Source: a bacterium (lineage in GTDB: Bacteria; Electryoneota; JAOADG01). Taken from it: a stretch of 64,000 nucleotides of DNA. The notes under the pieces are model-generated. The model saw nothing but the letters and a program-made list of their open reading frames with translations. It had not been told where the DNA came from and ran no database searches. Positions 17,022 to 25,609 of the stretch are shown piece after piece. Numbering within the stretch: position 1 is the first letter of the stretch; each line of letters opens with the position of its first letter. The stretch is from contig OY820579.1 of the NCBI GenBank assembly GCA_963681965.1, positions 1,664,001-1,728,000 on the forward strand, written 5' to 3'. The position numbers were made by a program, and so were the translations under genes.

Positions 17022-19682
17022 TTATTTTGTCAAGAGGATTTGCCGGGTCGTACTGAAACTCGACGTCTCCATTTTCACAAAATAATTTCCCGAAGGTAGA
17101 TCTTTCGCATTCCAGTTGATCGATTGTGAGCCACGCTTCACATTGCCATTCACCAATGTTGCATTCGTCTGACCCAAGATGTTCATAATCGTAATTTTAA
17201 CGTTCCCTTCGGTCATCATCGAATACGAAATTCGCGTCGTCGAATTGAATGGATTGGGATAACTCGACAACGAATACTCATTTACCACTGCTGACTGCGG
17301 TGTTGCCGTACGCGAGGCATTCGAAGTCGTCGTCCCGTCGAGCGCCTTATCGGTGATGCGATAAGTGTAGGTTCGACCGTTTTCAAGATTGTAATTGTCG
17401 ACATAATAATAGTTCAAAGGCACCGAGCTATTGCCCCCGTCGGCTTTCGATTGCTCCCGATGAATCAATGTCCAATTGCCCGATGGATCGTCGTTCAATT
17501 TGCGCTCGATCTCGAATCCCCAGTTGTTGATTTCGGTAGCGACACGCCAGTGTAAAGTCACCTGACGGTCACCGGCGGAAGCATCCATCGTCAATGCTGT
17601 TACCGGCGTAACTGGTTGAGCGGTTAATGCCCAAGTCGAGAATTGTTGGACATTGTAGATCGTTGCGCGCCAGACATTCGGGGTACCGGCAGCATACAGG
17701 TCGATTACCGGGTAGTAATAATTCCAGACACCGAGGTGATATGCGAGCGCCATCAACCGCGGAGTATGTAATCGTGGATCCCCAAACCCGGCCGGGAGAT
17801 CGGTGTCGGTGAAATAAAGTTCAACGCGGGCACGGAAGCCTGCGCCCCCGGTTTGATCGATTTGCCACCAGCGCTGAATATTGTCGTTTGCATTATAGGG
17901 CATCGGGTTGTAAATGCCGGAACCAGTGAACCCGCCAACCGGAAGACCGGTAGGATAACTGGTAACGTAATTGACAACTACTGTGGACGGTTGAAGACCG
18001 ACATTACCGCTGAATTCCAAAATAATTGGGGGTAGGTTGTTTGTTTCGGGATCCGGAGGAAATGACGGATGCCACGGTAGAGGGTTCGCACCAGGCGTCG
18101 GGTTATTGTCGGAATTATCGTTGCCATCCACCCAACGGTCTGCAGCGATAGCCGTACCTTCGAGATTCGCAAAAAATAGTGGAGCACTGCCAGTATGGAA
18201 GAAACTGAATGTACCGGTTTCATGACCGGCAACTGTTGGAGTATAGCGAACAGTTACATCGTAAGTTGCGGATGATGCAATAATAACAGGGTAAGTATGG
18301 GTTCCAACCAGACTAAACGGACCAGTACAGGACAAATTAGTAACTCTTATACTGTCCGGTCCACAATTGAAGATTTGGAATACTTTATCGGTAGTCATCG
18401 ATCCAATAGTATCGGCACCGAATTGAACTACTGAAGATCCAACCGGTGTGCCATTCACCGTTACACGCGGAAATTGTGGACCTTCCCAGATACCGATTCC
18501 CGTAAGTGCCAAGGTATATGGCGATCCACTAGCATTGTGATCAAATCTGAAGTTGCCTGTTCGTGTACCGTGTATCGTGGGAGTAAATGTTAAGACGACA
18601 TCAGCGTAATTTCCCGGAAGAAGGCTTGAAGGTACCGCGCCATGACTAAAATCGCCAGTAGTTGCGACACTGTCGATCGTCAATGGCGAACCACCGGTAT
18701 TGCGAAGACGGATGGTGTGCGAGACTGATGTACCGTTTAACGTAGAACCCAAATTCAATGGTGGCGAAATCGCAGCGCCACCGACTTCAGTTACCGATAG
18801 TGCCGATGCTGGCACGGGAAGACCGGTACCGGTCAGGGTCAGGGCATATGAACCTCCGGCACCATTGTGATTAAATCCAAAAATACTGATTCGTGTTCCG
18901 GTAGTCGAAGGGTTGAAGGTAATCGTAACGTCGAGATGTCCACCTCCGATGATTGGAGTAGTTAAAGCGGAATAAGTGAAATCACCGTAGATCGAACCGT
19001 TGGAAAGCGTTAGTTCGGCATTACCGGAATTGGAAATGCGAATCGTATGTGTAACCGGAGTACCGAGAACAGACGAACCAAAATTCAACGGAGTTGTAAT
19101 CGAAGTACCGGCAACCTCAGTCACGTTCATGATTGGCGTTGGTGCACCGCATACTTGCCAATTCGGTAATGCCGACGTCGGATTGACTTGCATATCCCAA
19201 TACGATGCGTCGGAAGTCGGTGCGATGTAGGGACCGCCATCGACATAGTGCGACCCTGATGGGAAAGGTGTTGCTGTTCCATAGGCAACATCGGACCAAA
19301 TTCGAATATAGAAAAAGGCTCCGGCATTCAGCGAAGTTGGGGTTTGAGTATTGTGTAAAGAAGTGGATTGCGCCGTCAGGAACAACGAAAATAAACCATC
19401 GGCTTCAGTACCCTCGCCAATCTGCCACATCGAATTAATAATGTCCCCGTCAGTGACTGCGCCGAGATCTCCTGCAGCAGACGATGGAGGATGCAACGTT
19501 CCGTTCGGGCGAAGAATTTGTATGAGGCTACCGCGAGGTACCGGGTTGCCATTATACATCACCGTGTACAGAATTTCTCCACTCACGTCGAAGGATGCAA
19601 AATCAAATCCGATCGGATTGGCGAATATCGATCCAACCAGCAGGAATAGATTGATCATAAACATCACACAAATCTTCTTTAT
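17022..19682 (-). CDS. Secreted protein: shared N-terminal domain, three ASH/choice-of-anchor-D-like Ig repeats, FN3-like domain, T9SS-type CTD
   Basis: Repeats LNFGS...IRISNSG...FxP...R...F...LTGTG; WRVATEINNWGFEIER; YPNPFNS. Homologous start position is ATA at 19682; nearest standard start is GTG 19667. Confidence 0.85.
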   Translation of the reverse strand: MKKICVMFMINLFLLVGSIFANPIGFDFASFDVSGEILYTVMYNGNPVPRGSLIQILRPNGTLHPPSSAAGDLGAVTDGDIINSMWQIGEGTEADGLFSLFLTAQSTSLHNTQTPTSLNAGAFFYIRIWSDVAYGTATPFPSGSHYVDGGPYIAPTSDASYWDMQVNPTSALPNWQVCGAPTPIMNVTEVAGTSITTPLNFGSSVLGTPVTHTIRISNSGNAELTLSNGSIYGDFTYSALTTPIIGGGHLDVTITFNPSTTGTRISIFGFNHNGAGGSYALTLTGTGLPVPASALSVTEVGGAAISPPLNLGSTLNGTSVSHTIRLRNTGGSPLTIDSVATTGDFSHGAVPSSLLPGNYADVVLTFTPTIHGTRTGNFRFDHNASGSPYTLALTGIGIWEGPQFPRVTVNGTPVGSSVVQFGADTIGSMTTDKVFQIFNCGPDSIRVTNLSCTGPFSLVGTHTYPVIIASSATYDVTVRYTPTVAGHETGTFSFFHTGSAPLFFANLEGTAIAADRWVDGNDNSDNNPTPGANPLPWHPSFPPDPETNNLPPIILEFSGNVGLQPSTVVVNYVTSYPTGLPVGGFTGSGIYNPMPYNANDNIQRWWQIDQTGGAGFRARVELYFTDTDLPAGFGDPRLHTPRLMALAYHLGVWNYYYPVIDLYAAGTPNVWRATIYNVQQFSTWALTAQPVTPVTALTMDASAGDRQVTLHWRVATEINNWGFEIERKLNDDPSGNWTLIHREQSKADGGNSSVPLNYYYVDNYNLENGRTYTYRITDKALDGTTTSNASRTATPQSAVVNEYSLSSYPNPFNSTTRISYSMMTEGNVKITIMNILGQTNATLVNGNVKRGSQSINWNAKDLPSGNYFVKMETSSFSTTRQILLTK

Positions 19683-19714
19683 AATTCCTCCTAGTACGAT
19701 TCTGCCGACGGGGG

Positions 19715-20524
19715 TTACTTGGTCAGCATGATTTGGCGAGTGGTATTACTAGTAGTTGTTTCCATCTTTACGAAATAAATTCCTGAAGGTAATCCGGTCG
19801 CATTCCAAGTCACATAATGCGTACCGTTGTTTGCGGTGCCATTAACCAATGCCGCGACTTGCTGTCCCAGCATATTGGCGATCGTGATTCGAACATTCCC
19901 CGGTTGGGGTAGTGAATATGCGATTTGCGTAGATGCATTGAAGGGATTGGGATAATTAGTGAGAGCATAGTTTCGTATGATTGTAATTTCCTCGGGAGCG
20001 GCGGTGCCACCAAGTGTCTGCCAATTCGGATTCGTCGAATTGGGTAATACCTGCACATTCCAGACAGCGTTATCGACGACGAAAGGACCGCCATCAACAT
20101 AATGCGTTCCGGGTGGGAATGGAGTCGGTGCATTGGAATTTACATCGGCCCAAATCCGGCAATAGAATCGAGCTTCTCGAATCAAGGCACCGGGAAGAAA
20201 CACGCCCTGGGGATAACCAGTCAATACGAGCGAAAATAGTCCGTCGGAGCTGCACCCTTCACCAATTCCCCAATGAGAGTTGAGGAGATCGCCTCCGCCG
20301 GGAGCGCCGCGAAGATCGCCCGTCGTGACGGGAGGATGAAGTGAATCGACCACAGCAATGATCTGAATCATTCTACCTTGTCGTAGAATATCGCCGTTAT
20401 ACCGGATCGGAAAAGTCGTTTCGCCATCGCTGCTGAAAGTCGCGAAATCGATCGGAAACGGTTGGGCAAACGCTAAACTAGATAACACAAGGAGGACTGT
20501 CAGACAGGAAAAAAGGTGTTTCAT
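19715..20524 (-). CDS. Secreted protein: signal peptide, shared N-terminal domain, T9SS-type CTD
   Basis: Signal peptide ending AFA-Q; domain clearly paralogous to the two downstream genes; NYPNPFNAST. Confidence 0.88.
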   Translation of the reverse strand: MKHLFSCLTVLLVLSSLAFAQPFPIDFATFSSDGETTFPIRYNGDILRQGRMIQIIAVVDSLHPPVTTGDLRGAPGGGDLLNSHWGIGEGCSSDGLFSLVLTGYPQGVFLPGALIREARFYCRIWADVNSNAPTPFPPGTHYVDGGPFVVDNAVWNVQVLPNSTNPNWQTLGGTAAPEEITIIRNYALTNYPNPFNASTQIAYSLPQPGNVRITIANMLGQQVAALVNGTANNGTHYVTWNATGLPSGIYFVKMETTTSNTTRQIMLTK

Positions 20525-20765
20525 AAAAGCTCCAGATTCACGGTAGAAAAGTCAGAGATTAATCAGGATAGGGGTGAGTTATTGCAACATAAGCCATTGT
20601 AAGAATTTTAAATAGGGAATTCAATATACTTTAGAAAGAATTTCAATTAATTTAAGAATGTTTGAATTCAATATTTTAGTGTCCAAATTTGAAACTGAAT
20701 TGGGAAACTTATTGGTCAGTTGTGTTTCCGTTTTCTTTCATAGTGCCAATGTTGTATCTTTAGAC

Positions 20766-20917
20766 GCGGGTAATTGAAATCTACCCGCTTTTCCGTTGCA
20801 ATCGGTGAACGGGAAACGGCGAACCGACCGGCATTGCGCAGCCTCCCCGGCTGATCTCGCAAGCGCCGGGTGGGCAGGGCGAACCGGTTCCAGCGTAGTA
20901 TTCCGGGCTGTCTCTGC
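20766..20917 (+). promoter_or_regulatory. GC-rich structured leader upstream of hutH (candidate cis-regulatory RNA)
   Basis: Several overlapping stems after a TG-n-TATCTT -10-like element at ~20752-20760; no known family recognised. Confidence 0.35.
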
Positions 20918-21029
20918 CAATCAAATCTCGTTTGATCGCAACCACAGTTCCGAACTCTACTGCCCAAATCGAATTACACTCCGAACGCAACTTCGCAATT
21001 TCATTCATCTCTTACGCAGGAGTCGTCCC

Positions 21030-22559
21030 GTGTCTATTAAAATTACCGGTTACAATTTGACCGTGAATGATGTCGTTGCGGTCGCCCGTCGCAACGAAAA
21101 AATCGAATTGGCACCCGAAGCCATCGATCGAATTAAAGAATGCCGCAGCTTTCTGCTCCGCAAAATCGCCAAAGGCGAAACGATGTACGGCGTCAATACC
21201 GGCATCGGCGAATTGTCCGAAATCCGGCTCTCCGACGAACAGACGCGCGAATTTCAGAAATACCTCGTATTCAATCACGCCGCCGGAATCGGCGATCCGA
21301 TGCTGATCGACTATGTTCGCGCCGCGATGCTTTCGCGCATCAATGTCCACTCCAAAGGAAAGTCGGCGTGCCGTCCCGAAATCACTCAGACTTATGTCGA
21401 CATGCTCAACAAGGGCGTCACGCCGGTGGTCTGCAATCGCGGTTCGGTAGGCGCTTGCGGCGATCTCGCACCGATGTCGCAAATCGCACTTTCGCTGCTC
21501 GGTGAAGGGGAATCGTTTTACAACGGCATTCGCATGCCGTCATCGGAAGCATTCCGCCTTGCCGGTATTCCCGTACCCGGTCTCGAAGTGCGCGACGGTC
21601 TCGCTGCCATCAACGGCAGCAATTTTATCTGCGGTGTCGGCTGCATGTTGATTCACGACATGGAACGATTCCTGTTGCAAGCGGAAATTGCCGCAGCGAT
21701 GTCGCTGGAAGCACTACTCGCCAACATGAAACCGTATGACGAACGGCTCCATACCCTGCGTGGGTTCAGCGGTTCGGTAACCAGTGCCGCGAATCTCCGC
21801 AAATTGATGCACGGTTCCGATCTGACTACTGGCAAGATGAAAGTGAAAGTGCAGGATGCCTACAGCATGCGCTGCACCCCGCAAGTGATCGGCAGTGCGC
21901 GCGATGCCATCAAGTGGGCACGCTCGCAATTCGAAATTGAACTCAATGGTGTCTGCGACAATCCGATTTTTGTTCCGGAAGACGATGTAGTGTTATCCGG
22001 TGCAAATTTCCAAGGTACGCCGATCAGCTTGCCGCTCGATGCCGTCGCAGCGGCGATCACGATGGTATGCGTGTTGTCGGAACGACGTTTGAACCGGTTG
22101 TTGAATCCGGCTTGCAGCGTCGGTCTGCCGGCGTTCCTCACCAAGGGTGCGGGAATGTTCTCGGGACACATGCTGAGTCAATACACCGCCGATATGCTGA
22201 TTGTCGAACAGCGCATTTTGTCGGTACCGGCGACGATTCAGTCGATCCCGGCGGCAGCCGATCAGGAAGATTTCGTCAGTATGGGTTGGAACAGCGCACT
22301 GAAGGCGGCGACCATAGTGGACAACGCCTACGGTATCCTCGGCATCGAACTCATTGCCGGAGCGCAGGCGCTCGATTTCCGTGAATTCACGCCGGGCAAG
22401 GGAACGCTCGCGGGCAAGGAAGCAGTACGCAAATTCGTGCAGCATCTCGATATCGACCGACCGTTGTTCCCGGACCACAATGCGATGAAGGAAGCAGTGA
22501 AGAATCAGGAAGTGCTGAAGACTGTGGAAGCCGCGATTGGCGAGTTGAAGATTTACTAG
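21030..22559 (+). CDS. hutH: Histidine ammonia-lyase (MIO-dependent aromatic amino acid lyase family)
   Basis: YGVNTGIG, NHAAGIG, GSVGACGDLAP, GLAAING, VQDAYSMRCTPQV, DNP, GANFQG, QEDFVSMG. Start set at GTG 21030 after AGGAG. Confidence 0.85.
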   Translation: MSIKITGYNLTVNDVVAVARRNEKIELAPEAIDRIKECRSFLLRKIAKGETMYGVNTGIGELSEIRLSDEQTREFQKYLVFNHAAGIGDPMLIDYVRAAMLSRINVHSKGKSACRPEITQTYVDMLNKGVTPVVCNRGSVGACGDLAPMSQIALSLLGEGESFYNGIRMPSSEAFRLAGIPVPGLEVRDGLAAINGSNFICGVGCMLIHDMERFLLQAEIAAAMSLEALLANMKPYDERLHTLRGFSGSVTSAANLRKLMHGSDLTTGKMKVKVQDAYSMRCTPQVIGSARDAIKWARSQFEIELNGVCDNPIFVPEDDVVLSGANFQGTPISLPLDAVAAAITMVCVLSERRLNRLLNPACSVGLPAFLTKGAGMFSGHMLSQYTADMLIVEQRILSVPATIQSIPAAADQEDFVSMGWNSALKAATIVDNAYGILGIELIAGAQALDFREFTPGKGTLAGKEAVRKFVQHLDIDRPLFPDHNAMKEAVKNQEVLKTVEAAIGELKIY

Positions 22560-22590
22560 TCGCTTATCACAACCTTTTGTACTAGTATTC

Positions 22591-22621
22591 GGAGGTGGGA
22601 CTTTAGTCCCGCCTCTTTTTT
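22591..22621 (+). terminator. Intrinsic terminator
   Basis: ggaggtgggac-ttt-agtcccgcctc followed by T run. Confidence 0.8.
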
Positions 22622-23335
22622 CTCTTTAAGTCTAAGTACTAGAAGTAAACCTGTCAGAAGGTTAGTGGCTATTTTTCTGTTGGTTGTATTCATTGAATTT
22701 TGCTATAACAGCTGGTTTCATATTTATTATCTCACTTGAATGAATGAATCGGCCAACATCAAGAGGAATCATATACTTAAGAGAAACTTCATTTGAAGTT
22801 TGATCAGTATGTAAGAGTGTGATATCTCCATCTTTGTTAATTCTATACCAATCCGAAATAACGCCTAATAATTTTACCCGATCATTTAACGTGATTTCAG
22901 TTCCAAACATGTCTACAGCTTGAGTTAGAATAACTGGAGCGCCTGATGAACCAGGTAATATTGCTACATCAACCAGACCATTTGGATTATTTTCAAATCT
23001 AACAACTGGAGGCAATGCTGTCGTTCCGCTTCTATTTATTGGTAGATTGTGAATCGAATCCCATAAACCATTCGGATATGATGGTATGACTACATTTGAG
23101 GACGGCGGTAAACGTTCTAGAAATTCACTATTCGGAATATGTTGTTCAGTAAACGACATTGCACCAATTTTTTTTCCGCCATCTTCTTGATTAAATAGAA
23201 TTGTGACTAAGTCGATATCCTCGTTAGGATGACTAACAATATCTTTTATCGTAAAAGTTCTGATTTGAGGCTTTTCATCAAAAGACCCATGGTCTGCATC
23301 GTGATCTGCCCCCATTATTTGTACCAGTGTCTATG

Positions 23336-24211
23336 TCACACTGGTCTCATTCCTGCGTAGCGTAGCGGAGCAGGAATGAGTGGTAACTCTGTTTCCGGTG
23401 CCGGCGGCAGATAGCCCAAAGAGCTGTGCGGTCGAATCGTATTGTAATGGTGCCGCCATTGTTCGATAATCACCTTTGCTTCCAATATGGTATCAAAGAT
23501 TTCACCCTTCAGCAACAGTTTCAACCGACAGTTAAAACTTTCGATGTATCCGTTTTCCCACGGGCTGCCAGGCGTAATAAACAAGGGTTGCACATCAACC
23601 CGGGGCAGCCACGCTAGTACCTCATTCGCCGTAAACTCAGGGCCATTGTCACTACGAACATGAATCGGTGTACCTCGTACTACAAACAGTTCTTCCAGTA
23701 CGCAAAGAACATCATCCGCCTTGATCTTCCGGGCTACCAGGATCGCAAGGCATTCCCGGGTGTATTCGTCCATGATCGCAAAGATCTTGAACGAACGACC
23801 ATTCGACGTATGCCACGTGACAAAGTCGAAGCTCCAGACATGATCCGGATGTTCCGGACGTAGACGGATGCAGGAACCATCATTCAGCCACAGTCTTCGA
23901 CGCTTCTTCTGCTTCTTCGGGACCTTCAGTCCGGACTGTCGCCAGATCCGTTCCACCCGTTTGTGGTTTACCCGCCAGCCGATGTTACGGATCATCGCCG
24001 TTACGATCCGGTAGCCATACCCGCCATACTGGCAAGCCAGAAATACCACCAGCGAGACCAACGGGCCTTCGTCGGCACGACGAAGCGGTGCATACCGGTG
24101 ACTCGTTCGTGGTTCGCAAAGAACCGTACAGACCCGTCGTTCCGAGACCCGATCAATGCCCAGCGAATGGCGAACAGTAAGCGCAGTCTCGCGACGCTTC
24201 GCCGGGCACAC
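23336..24211 (-). CDS. IS3 transposase OrfB (DDE integrase core)
   Basis: YGYR, VWSFDF, RSDNGPEF, SPWENGYIESFN, RPHSSLGY; -1 frame relative to OrfA with GGGAAAA slippery site. Confidence 0.93.
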   Translation of the reverse strand: MCPAKRRETALTVRHSLGIDRVSERRVCTVLCEPRTSHRYAPLRRADEGPLVSLVVFLACQYGGYGYRIVTAMIRNIGWRVNHKRVERIWRQSGLKVPKKQKKRRRLWLNDGSCIRLRPEHPDHVWSFDFVTWHTSNGRSFKIFAIMDEYTRECLAILVARKIKADDVLCVLEELFVVRGTPIHVRSDNGPEFTANEVLAWLPRVDVQPLFITPGSPWENGYIESFNCRLKLLLKGEIFDTILEAKVIIEQWRHHYNTIRPHSSLGYLPPAPETELPLIPAPLRYAGMRPV

Positions 24212-24486
24212 TATTTTCCCTTGAGAGCCTCCTGCAGGATCTCTTTGTCCAAGGTCAGATCAGATACGACCTTCCGAAGACGGCCATTCTCGCGTTCCAG
24301 TTCCTTCAAACGCTTCGCCTGATCCAGCTTCAAACCACCGTATTCCTTGCGCCAGTGGTAGTAAGTATGTTCCTGGATGCCCAACTTCCGGCAAACTTCA
24401 CGGACGCTCATCCCCTTCCCAATCTCAACTTCCGCTTCACGAAGCATCGGGATAATCTGCTCCGCAGTTCGCTTCACTCCACGCAT
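24211..24486 (-). CDS. IS3 transposase OrfA (HTH)
   Basis: VCRKLGIQEHTYYHWRKEYGG...RLKELERENGRLRKVVSDLTLDKEIL. Confidence 0.93.
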   Translation of the reverse strand: MRGVKRTAEQIIPMLREAEVEIGKGMSVREVCRKLGIQEHTYYHWRKEYGGLKLDQAKRLKELERENGRLRKVVSDLTLDKEILQEALKGK

Positions 24487-25144
24487 GAAAACCTCCCATA
24501 AAAGGTACTACTCTGACATAGAGAGTGGTACTACTTTCGGGGGCTAGATCAATCGGACAATGTATGCACGAAAAATCGTCCAGAATCTATAGGTTTAGTC
24601 ATTATATCAACAACATGTTTATTTGTTATAATAACTCGTATACAGTGTTTAGTGTTATATGAATTTTCGAAAAAAAATCCAGTTCCATCTTTCATAATTT
24701 GATCACTTCTAGCCTCGATTTTGACAGTACTAAATAGGCTATGAGCATAATGTCCCCTGAAGGGTATCTGCCAATTTTCCACGGGAAATTCCTTGGGTTA
24801 ATTGTTGTATTTTTGCTAAACAAACTTATTGATAGTAAATATAGTTAAATTAGTATTAACTTGCAATCACATTTAAATTAATAGGTTTTTTCTCACATTT
24901 CTTTTAACTACCGCATCCAAATTGAACGAGTTACCACCCGCAAGGTCGCTCGAATAGTTTTTCCCATTTGTTGGCGAGATACACAGAAGGTGGTCTTGTC
25001 GAACAGTATTGTTCGCGTCATTACTACGCTGGATGCGTACGAAAGGTGGTTATTGGACCATGATGGGTCGGAGGAACTGGGAATTTGCGGTTGGAACATG
25101 AAATTACAAGGTCGGACGTATGTCGTTCGTCACAAGGATAAAAA

Positions 25145-25463
25145 CAAGATACATGATACAGGCGGAGATTGCTTTGTCTCTACGCTTCGGAAGTGTTTCG
25201 CACGTTCCTTCGCTTCGTTCCTCGCAAAGACATAATCAAGACGTAAGATACAGGATACAAGATGCGAGTTACCTGATGGTAGGGGCGGTTCGCGAACCGC
25301 TCGTGTCCAGTCAAGATACACAAAATGAAAAAGATAGATTGCTTCGTCACTACGCTTCGGAAGTGCTTCGCACGTTCCTTCGCTGCGTTCCTCGCAACGA
25401 CGGATCAGGACACAAGACACAGGATATAAGATACCCAACGCAGGCTCGGAGGCCTGCGCCACC
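25145..25463. repeat. Composite patch of REP-like palindromes and heptamer tandem repeats
   Basis: 66-bp direct repeat at 25166-25231 and 25336-25401 (5 mismatches); GTAGGGGCGGTTCGCGAACCGC at 25279-25300; CGCAGGCTCGGAGGCCTGCGCCACC at 25439-25463; A(A/G)GATAC-type heptamer runs. Confidence 0.85.
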
Positions 25464-25609
25464 ACAAAAAATCAGAAAAATGGGAGTTTGCAGAGAGGCT
25501 CCCCTACTTCTGATGCGATTACTTTTGATAATCATAGTAAGTTCGGTTTGTCACTACTTGGTGGATTCCCGTATCTTAGGATAATTTCGATACAAATGGA
25601 ATTTTTTTT

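Larger units (their letters stand above)
23302..24551 (-). mobile_element. IS3-family insertion sequence, 1250 bp
   Basis: TG...CA ends; imperfect ~37-bp IRs (tgatctgcccccattatttgtaccagtgtctatgtca vs tgatctagcccccgaaagtagtaccactctctatgtca); 4-bp TSD ATCG at 23298-23301 and 24552-24555. Confidence 0.95.
22662..24782 (-). pseudogene. Trypsin-like serine peptidase gene interrupted by IS3
   Basis: 5' part 24782-24552 has GTGFFF...ITNKHVV; 3' part 23297-22662 has DIDL and PGSSGAPV. Parts join in frame (~288 aa) once the IS and one TSD copy are removed. Confidence 0.88.

Noticed and set aside
20790-20920. Cobalamin riboswitch, SRP or 6S RNA identity for the hutH leader
   Set aside because: Has a GGGAA but no convincing GCAACTG/GCCACTG or B12 box, and no SRP helix-8 motif; kept only as an unassigned structured leader
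20796-21029. 78-aa N-terminal extension of HutH given by the ORF track
   Set aside because: Family similarity starts at the GTG with an RBS at 21030; the upstream region looks like structured non-coding sequence
3840-22559. Functional link between the unusual tRNA-His and nearby hutH
   Set aside because: Separated by unrelated genes; nothing beyond proximity
25166-25401. Two 66-bp direct repeats as a CRISPR array
   Set aside because: Only two copies, too long, 104-bp spacer that itself contains repeats, and no cas genes
24908-25584. Short ORFs over the repeat patch, and other antisense or nested ORFs in the track
   Set aside because: Translations of repeats or shadows of well-supported genes; no RBS or recognisable motifs
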